A DNA stretch of 64,000 nt from contig CAVWRM010000001.1 in the NCBI GenBank assembly GCA_963757525.1, forward strand, positions 3,591,862 to 3,655,861. The letters are read 5' to 3'. Position numbers and translations under genes: made by a program. Under the pieces are notes generated by a model, which was not told where the DNA came from, made no database searches, and worked only from the letters and a program-made list of their open reading frames with translations. Positions 58,553 to 64,000 of the stretch are shown one piece after another. How positions within the stretch are numbered: the stretch's first letter is position 1; each line of letters begins with the position of its first letter. The stretch is from an uncultured Gemmatimonadales bacterium (GTDB taxonomy: Bacteria; Gemmatimonadota; Gemmatimonadetes; Gemmatimonadales; GWC2-71-9).

Positions 58553-59302
58553 CTAGAGACGCCGGGCTCTCCCATCGGGTGCACAGGCAACGACGACTCC
58601 GAACACCGTGAGCGCCACGGCCAGCGCCGCCATGCCGCCGACCGCGGCGTACCCCAGGTTCCCGGCAAGGCCATGGCGAACCCCACGGAGCCCGTTGAGC
58701 ACCGCCCCGAGTGTCCCAGCGGCGAGCAGGACCAGCACGATTCGCTGGGCTCGCATCCGCTGTGCCGGGGTGTAGACCCGGAGCTCCGGCGGCTGGTCAC
58801 TCACCCAGTCGGTCACCCACGCCACGACCATCGCGAGCCCCACGACCGTGCTGAAGTGCTGGAGGATTCGGAAGACCGCTACGTCTTCACCGGCCACCGG
58901 CACCGAGTGCGCGAGGATGGGCAGGTGACTCACGCCCCAGCCCTTGGCATGGGTGAAGCCGTCCCACACGATGTGGCTGAAGGCTCCGACGAGCACGCCC
59001 GCGGCGACCGCGAGCAGGCCGGTGGCCGGCGCGTTCCAGCGTGCCCCGATGCCGGCTGGGAGCAGCGTGCGCAGCGCGGGACGCACCAGCTTACGAAACT
59101 CCAGCCATGCGGCGACGCCGAGAGGGAGACAGAACAGGAACAAGCCGGGCGGCGAATGCCCAAACCGACCTCGCGGCGCCAGTCGCAGCAGGTACTCGAA
59201 ATCGGGGGCCATCGTGCCGAGCACCAGCGCATCGAGAGGCAGTCTGGAGAGTAGACGATGTAAGGGCCAGGCGGCAGCGGCGTGAGCCGGAGTCAGCGGC
59301 AG
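58553..59302 (-). CDS. DUF4184 family protein, probable CTG start
   Basis: PLTPAHAAAA, G.MAPDFEY, SHIVWDGFTH, LQH.ST..G; CTG at expected Met position after GAGGA. Confidence 0.8.
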   Translation of the reverse strand: MPLTPAHAAAAWPLHRLLSRLPLDALVLGTMAPDFEYLLRLAPRGRFGHSPPGLFLFCLPLGVAAWLEFRKLVRPALRTLLPAGIGARWNAPATGLLAVAAGVLVGAFSHIVWDGFTHAKGWGVSHLPILAHSVPVAGEDVAVFRILQHFSTVVGLAMVVAWVTDWVSDQPPELRVYTPAQRMRAQRIVLVLLAAGTLGAVLNGLRGVRHGLAGNLGYAAVGGMAALAVALTVFGVVVACAPDGRARRL

Positions 59303-59317
59303 AAGTAATCCTCGGAT

Positions 59318-59599
59318 TCAGGCCGGACGCCGGGCGATGGCCAGCAGATGCGCGCTCGCGCCCACCATCGCCGGCTCCACTTCGAGCCTCCGGGCCACGT
59401 CGAGTAACGACGCGCGCCTCCCCGGGTCCGCCATCCGCTCCGATACGTCGGGCAGTATCCAGCCCGGCCCCTCGACCCCGTAGATGCCGGTCACGTCCAG
59501 ACCCGCCCCGCTGACCTCGTTGCCCAGCTCGTCGGGCCGGTGAAAGTATGCCGTGGTGAAGTAGTCGAGCCGATCCAGGGGCCGCGGAGCCTTGGTCAT
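59318..59599 (-). pseudogene. C-terminal remnant of a class I SAM methyltransferase
   Basis: DYFTTAYFHRPDEL...GVEGPGW...ASAHLLAIAR directly after a short N-terminus; SAM-binding core absent. Confidence 0.7.
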
Positions 59600-60021
59600 C
59601 TCCGTCCCGCCCGGGTCTGCTTGCGCTTCGTGGTCCGCCGGGTCGCCGCCGGTGTATCCGGGTCGATCTCCTTTGGAGCCTGACTCCGCCACGCCTCCGT
59701 AATCAGTGAGCGGAGCTCGCCGGCCGTCACGGCCGGAAGCCGGACCAGAACGGCCGGAAATCCGTTGTAGTGCGGCTCGGTGAAGAACTTCTCCGGGTCC
59801 TGCGCGAGCAGAAAGTCCTTGTCGAAGAGGTTGGCAACCCTGAGAGCGACGACCTGAGGCTGCGGCACACGTGGCTTCCTCGGGGCGACTCGCTCCAGCC
59901 ACACCCAGACGAATCCCTTGAGCTTGCCCCTGTTGCGCACGGAGAAGGCGAAACGGCCCGGTGTCTCTTCCGTCTCGGGCAGCGAGAGCGCGATGCGGCG
60001 GACGTCCGCCTGAGTTGCCAT
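59596..60021 (-). CDS. MmcQ/YjbR family protein
   Basis: VRRIALSLP, FFTEPHYNGFPAVLVRL, ITEAW. Confidence 0.9.
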   Translation of the reverse strand: MATQADVRRIALSLPETEETPGRFAFSVRNRGKLKGFVWVWLERVAPRKPRVPQPQVVALRVANLFDKDFLLAQDPEKFFTEPHYNGFPAVLVRLPAVTAGELRSLITEAWRSQAPKEIDPDTPAATRRTTKRKQTRAGRR

Positions 60022-60032
60022 GTGTTCCTCGA

Positions 60033-60218
60033 TTACGGCGATGGGCGGTGTCGCCTCACCTGCTGTCTACCGATTGCGCATGTCTCGCTCACGAGCGCTC
60101 GCAGCGCCCGGTCGATTTGGTCGGCGCGCTCCAGCCGGAAGTGATGGACCTGAGCCAGGTGGCCGTAGTCCTGGTTGAGCTCGTAGAGCGTGGCGAACGG
60201 TGCCACTCGTGGATCCAT
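60033..60218 (-). pseudogene. short, probably chimeric ORF (DinB-like N-terminus)
   Basis: AGGAGG SD; MDPRVAPFATLYELN then unrelated-looking sequence. Confidence 0.4.
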
Positions 60219-60256
60219 GCGCCCTCCTGGGCATGGTGCAGTCCTGCGGGTTCGAG

Positions 60257-60832
60257 CTACAAGCGTCCCAACATGGGGTGATCGAGCCCGCCGCTCATCG
60301 CCAGCCGCAGGCTGTCCTGACACTCCTCGCAAATTCCGTGGGTCAGCTGCGGGGGATACGGCTCATTGAACAGGGATAGCGCGACGACCGCGTCCTCCAC
60401 CTCCAGCCATCCGTTCGGCGGTACCGACACCCGCTTGCACCAGCCGCACATGGTGACGAACAGCTCGGACCGCGGTACGTGCGGGCTCAGGAGCGGGACG
60501 ACATCGCGGTCTTCCTCCTTGACCGTCTGCACCCGATAGCACAGCGTCTCGTGCTCGCCGGCGGAGATGGTGAGCTCCAGCAGCCGACGCCGCTCCGGAG
60601 CGTCGCAGCGAAGCGACAAGCCGATCGGGACGCCGTGGGCCCGAACCCGGCGGTGCAGGATCCGGTAGATGTGCCGCGTCTCGAGGTCGGCGATGAAGTC
60701 CCAAATCGAACGACCGAGGATCACCGGCGGCAGCACCGGCTCGCCGCCGTTGGCCCGGGCGAACGAGAGCCACTCCTCGTTGACCGAGGAGATTTCGTCC
60801 CTGGCGTTCAGCTTGTACAGAAGCGCGGACAT
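60257..60832 (-). CDS. PAS-like domain + CxxC...HGxCxxC protein
   Basis: VN.EW..FA..N, LGRSIWDFI, RCDAP..RR; MCGWCKRV...W.EVE...THGICEEC. Confidence 0.8.
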   Translation of the reverse strand: MSALLYKLNARDEISSVNEEWLSFARANGGEPVLPPVILGRSIWDFIADLETRHIYRILHRRVRAHGVPIGLSLRCDAPERRRLLELTISAGEHETLCYRVQTVKEEDRDVVPLLSPHVPRSELFVTMCGWCKRVSVPPNGWLEVEDAVVALSLFNEPYPPQLTHGICEECQDSLRLAMSGGLDHPMLGRL

Positions 60833-60842
60833 TCAGCTCCGA

Positions 60843-61478
60843 TCATGCGGCCCGCTCGGACAGATAGGCATGCCAGAGGATCCGGGCCGCTACGCCGCGA
60901 TACGGCCGCCACCGTTCGGCCAGCCTCTCCGCGTCGACCAGCGACAAGACTCCATCGAATCCGTGCAACCGGATCAAGGCCTTATGCAACGCGAGGTCAC
61001 CAGGCGGCCAGATGTCGGGACGTCTCAGAGCCATCAGCAGATAGATGTTCGCGGTCCACGGTCCGATCCCCCGAACCCGGACCAGGAGATCGCGGGCCTC
61101 GTCGTCGGGAAACCGGGACAGACGCCGCAGCGGCAGCCGGCCGTCGAGCACCGACTCCGCAAGGCCGACGGCGTAACTTGCCTTCTGCCGGGTCAGGCCG
61201 AGCCTCTGGAGCCCGGGCATCCCGAGCATGGCGATCGTCAGGGGACCGACCTCGCCCAGAGCCGTCTCGAGACGGAGAAATAGGGCCCGCGCCGAAGCGA
61301 GCGACACCTGCTGCTCGAGAATGATGCGGAGCAGCGTGGCGAATCCTGGACGGCGGGCCCAGAGCGGAGGCGGCCCGTAACGCGCCACCAGCCTGGCCAG
61401 CCGCCTGTCGGCGCGAGCCAGCCTCCGGACCGCCGAGAGAAGGGATGCGCGCTGGAGCGTCGTCGGGGGCCGCACCAT
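60843..61478 (-). CDS. alkA: DNA-3-methyladenine glycosylase II (HhH-GPD family)
   Basis: ILEQQVS, VRGIGPWTA, WPPGDLAL, WRPYR. Confidence 0.88.
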   Translation of the reverse strand: MVRPPTTLQRASLLSAVRRLARADRRLARLVARYGPPPLWARRPGFATLLRIILEQQVSLASARALFLRLETALGEVGPLTIAMLGMPGLQRLGLTRQKASYAVGLAESVLDGRLPLRRLSRFPDDEARDLLVRVRGIGPWTANIYLLMALRRPDIWPPGDLALHKALIRLHGFDGVLSLVDAERLAERWRPYRGVAARILWHAYLSERAA

Positions 61479-61635
61479 GGGAGTATAGCCTCTCCGACAT
61501 CTCGCCAACGGGGCTTCGCCGTCCACGCGGGTCCCTCGAAAGCTCCATCTCGAACCGCCCCCCGAGACTCTCCTGCCGGCTGTTCGCGCGATCGGCGTGC
61601 CGGCCGCATCGAGCAGGATCAGGTCGATCCCGTCA

Positions 61636-62151
61636 TCATTCCGCGAGCCGGGTGAAGGCCGGCGGGTACAACGCCGCGCTCCCGTCGAGGTCGCCTGTCT
61701 CGGCATATGTCATCGGCGTGGAGCCGCTCGCCAGGACCCGCCCACCTACCGGCTCCGCCACCACGATCGTGTGGTCGCCGGCGGTGTGCCGGCTCACGAC
61801 GCGGCAATCCAGCCAGGCTGCCGCGTCGGAGAGGACCGGAGCCCCACCGATGCCAGGCTCCCATCGTTGCCCCACGAGCTTGTCGACCGTCCGGCCGGAC
61901 TGGGTGCCGAAATGCCGGGCCAGATCGAGCTGTCCCTGCCGGAGCACGTTGACCGTGAATGTCCCCGCGGCGTTCAGGATCGGAAATGAGGCATGGGTGG
62001 GATTGAGGCTGAGCGCGAGCAGCAGCGGGTCGAAGCTGACCTGGGTGATCCACGCGGCGGTGAAGGCATTGCGCTGGCTGCCGTGGGCCACCCCGACAAC
62101 GTACACCCCGTTGGTGAGGCTGCGGAACAACTCGAGTGGTGTGACGCTCAT
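61636..62151 (-). CDS. flavin reductase family protein
   Basis: GVYVV, TQVSFDP, FTVNVL, AGDHT. Confidence 0.9.
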   Translation of the reverse strand: MSVTPLELFRSLTNGVYVVGVAHGSQRNAFTAAWITQVSFDPLLLALSLNPTHASFPILNAAGTFTVNVLRQGQLDLARHFGTQSGRTVDKLVGQRWEPGIGGAPVLSDAAAWLDCRVVSRHTAGDHTIVVAEPVGGRVLASGSTPMTYAETGDLDGSAALYPPAFTRLAE

Positions 62152-62275
62152 CAATCCGCCATAGGTCGAACCGTCACATTCCATGATCATCGGACTCGCT
62201 GGCATCCCGACGCTTCAGCGAATTCTCACGTGTCGTCGAAGTCTGGTCGCTCGAACCGTGCCGGCAGGAGTGAGG

Positions 62276-62722
62276 TCAGAGCCGCTTCCGATACACGTGT
62301 TGGGTCTTGGTCCGTCCATAGCCGAGCCGCTCGTAGAAGGGATGCGACTCGAGCCGGACGACGTTGCTCCGCACGGACATCTCCGTGATGCCCCGGTCCT
62401 GAGCCCATCGCTCCACGACGCGCACGAGCTGCCGTCCCACACCCACTCCACGATGATCCTGGTCCACCACGAGCCCGAGCAGCTCGCAACGGACAGGAGC
62501 CTCCAGGAACCGCTGCTCCGCCCCGTGCACCCATCCGATCACGACGTCGCCCTCACACCCGACCAGGACGACTTCGTCATCCCGCTCGAGCACCATCCCG
62601 AGACGCTCGGCCATCACGCCGGCAGAGACGGGGTAATCGAGCTGAGCGCTGAGCGCGGCGATGGCGACCCCATCCTCGTCCGTGGCCGGCCGGACCTTCA
62701 TCGGGGGTGAATGCCGCATCAT
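62276..62722 (-). CDS. GNAT acetyltransferase
   Basis: QLDYP, LVVD..HRG.GVG, SH.FYERLGY. Confidence 0.88.
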   Translation of the reverse strand: MMRHSPPMKVRPATDEDGVAIAALSAQLDYPVSAGVMAERLGMVLERDDEVVLVGCEGDVVIGWVHGAEQRFLEAPVRCELLGLVVDQDHRGVGVGRQLVRVVERWAQDRGITEMSVRSNVVRLESHPFYERLGYGRTKTQHVYRKRL

Positions 62723-62724
62723 GA

Positions 62725-63152
62725 CTACCCGCCCGCGAGCCAGATCGAGGGAACGTCCGCCACCGTCTCGACGATATGGGTACGCGGAGCGGCGCGTAGG
62801 GTGTCGCGGTCGTGGGCGCCGGTCAGGACCGCCACCCGATAGGCCACTCCGGCGTTCCTGCCTGCTTCCATGTCCCGCACGGTGTCACCCACCACGGCGA
62901 CGTCGCGGACGTCGATGACCGCGCTCCGCTCCATCGCGCGAAAAATCATGTAGGGGGCCGGACGTCCCTCAGGAACGTCGTCGCTGCAGATGCACGCGTC
63001 GATCTGGTCCGCCCAGTCCACTGCGTTCATGATCAGATCCACGATCTGCCGGTCGAAGCCGCTCGTCACAGCCACTCTGATGCCGGCGGCACGCAGCCGC
63101 GCGAGCGCCTCACCCACGTGCCGCCGAGGTCGAACGCGACGAGGGCGACCAT
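62725..63152 (-). pseudogene. phosphonatase-like HAD hydrolase with internal deletion and frameshift
   Basis: motif I VAFDLGGT in one frame, then TSGFDR, GRPAPYMI, VGDT..D..AG in another; cap domain absent. Confidence 0.75.
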
Positions 63153-63154
63153 GG

Positions 63155-63616
63155 TCAGACCTCGACGCTGTACACGATGAACCCCGAGTGCGTCGCGATC
63201 TGGTCGTACAAGCGGCGGGCGGCCGCGTTCGCTTCCTGCGTCTGCCAGTAGACCCGGCACACACCCGCGGCTCGGGCGCGCTCGTACACCGCGTCGATCA
63301 ATGCCCTCCCGATCCCGCGGCCACGTTCGGCCGGCGCGGTGAACAGGTCCTGGAGGTAGCACGTCAGCTCGAGTCTCGTGGTGCTCCGATGAAAAAGATA
63401 ATGGGCCAGCCCGACTACCCTGCCCTCGAGCGCCGCCACCAGAGCGAACACCGGCTCGGCGGAATCGAAGAAGCGCCGCCACGTTGTGGCCGTCACCTCG
63501 GGTGGCAAGGCCGTGGCGCCGCTCCGGCCGTAGAATGCGTTGTACCCATCCCAGAGCGGTTGCCACCCTGACAAGTCGTCCTGGCGAATCGGGCGAACGA
63601 TCACCGGGCTAGGCAT
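63155..63616 (-). CDS. GNAT acetyltransferase
   Basis: W.PLWDGYN.FY, YLQDLFT....RGRGIG, YWQT...N..ARRLYD. Confidence 0.92.
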   Translation of the reverse strand: MPSPVIVRPIRQDDLSGWQPLWDGYNAFYGRSGATALPPEVTATTWRRFFDSAEPVFALVAALEGRVVGLAHYLFHRSTTRLELTCYLQDLFTAPAERGRGIGRALIDAVYERARAAGVCRVYWQTQEANAAARRLYDQIATHSGFIVYSVEV

Positions 63617-63619
63617 GAC

Positions 63620-63735
63620 TCTTTGGGCCACCCGAAGACGGCAAACCCCGCCTGCGCGACGCTGCCGACGGCCTCAGTCGCAAGACCCTGCCTCGTGTAA
63701 CTGGTGCGGACCCGGTAGCCGACAGCGACATGCAG
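63620..63735 (-). pseudogene. internal fragment of a RimJ/RimL-type GNAT
   Basis: VGYRVRTSYTRQGLATEAV...AGF.VFG with no credible start. Confidence 0.45.
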
Positions 63736-63743
63736 AGGCGCCC

Positions 63744-64000
63744 CTAGACTCGAAAGAGGGTCTGACTCAGCAGAAGCGCCCACCCGTACAGGCCGGCGCC
63801 GAATATCGTGTGAGTCACGAGACTCTTGACTCTGGCCTGGTTCGGCTTCGGCGTCTTCGACGCCGCGACGCCGAGCCCGAAGGAGGGCTGCATGACCAGG
63901 AAAGGAATGAGCGTGGTCACGACGCCGAACGTCAACGCGGGCAGCAGCGTCGGCTGCATGAGCCAGCGTTGCGGCGCGAGCAGGACGAACACCATGGCAA
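63744..64000 (-). CDS. DUF2938 family membrane protein (3' part; start outside window)
   Basis: PTLLPAL..G, PFLVMQPSFGLGVAASKTP, H.IFG.GLY. Confidence 0.85.
   Translation of the reverse strand, partial: AMVFVLLAPQRWLMQPTLLPALTFGVVTTLIPFLVMQPSFGLGVAASKTPKPNQARVKSLVTHTIFGAGLYGWALLLSQTLFRV

Overview
High-GC (roughly 70% by eye) bacterial chromosomal window. The protein repertoire suggests Gemmatimonadota (inference, no search run). It holds about 95 mostly short genes, roughly 80 of them on the minus strand. Many functionally unrelated neighbours are joined by 4-bp stop/start overlaps. Content resembles an accessory or cassette-like pool: 7 GNAT domains, 4 DinB domains, methyltransferases, cupin, SnoaL, ABM, RidA, YciI, TfoX, MmcQ, HD, NUDIX, mug and alkA. 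It also carries many exported peptidases (3 class-C beta-lactamase-like, 2 DppA/M55, DmpA/S58, Tat M24), amtB-glnK and a LuxR/flavoprotein/PLP-decarboxylase unit. I saw no integrase, attC, IS, CRISPR, rRNA or tRNA. Main observations: (1) The same TGTCGA-N17-CGACTA ECF42-type promoter precedes both the YciI/DGPF gene and a BNR beta-propeller + MoaD/ThiS (ubiquitin-like) operon. That operon lies next to a 5'-truncated ECF42-like sigma factor, so this is a candidate undescribed ubiquitin-like module in an ECF42 regulon. (2) About eight genes are reduced to remnants, several keeping both ends but lacking the middle. (3) An inverted array of heptamer repeats. (4) Three credible small genes (<60 aa) absent from the ORF track. 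(5) An apparent excess of D-S/T-hydrophobic sequons in exported proteins. All family calls come from motif recognition, not database searches.
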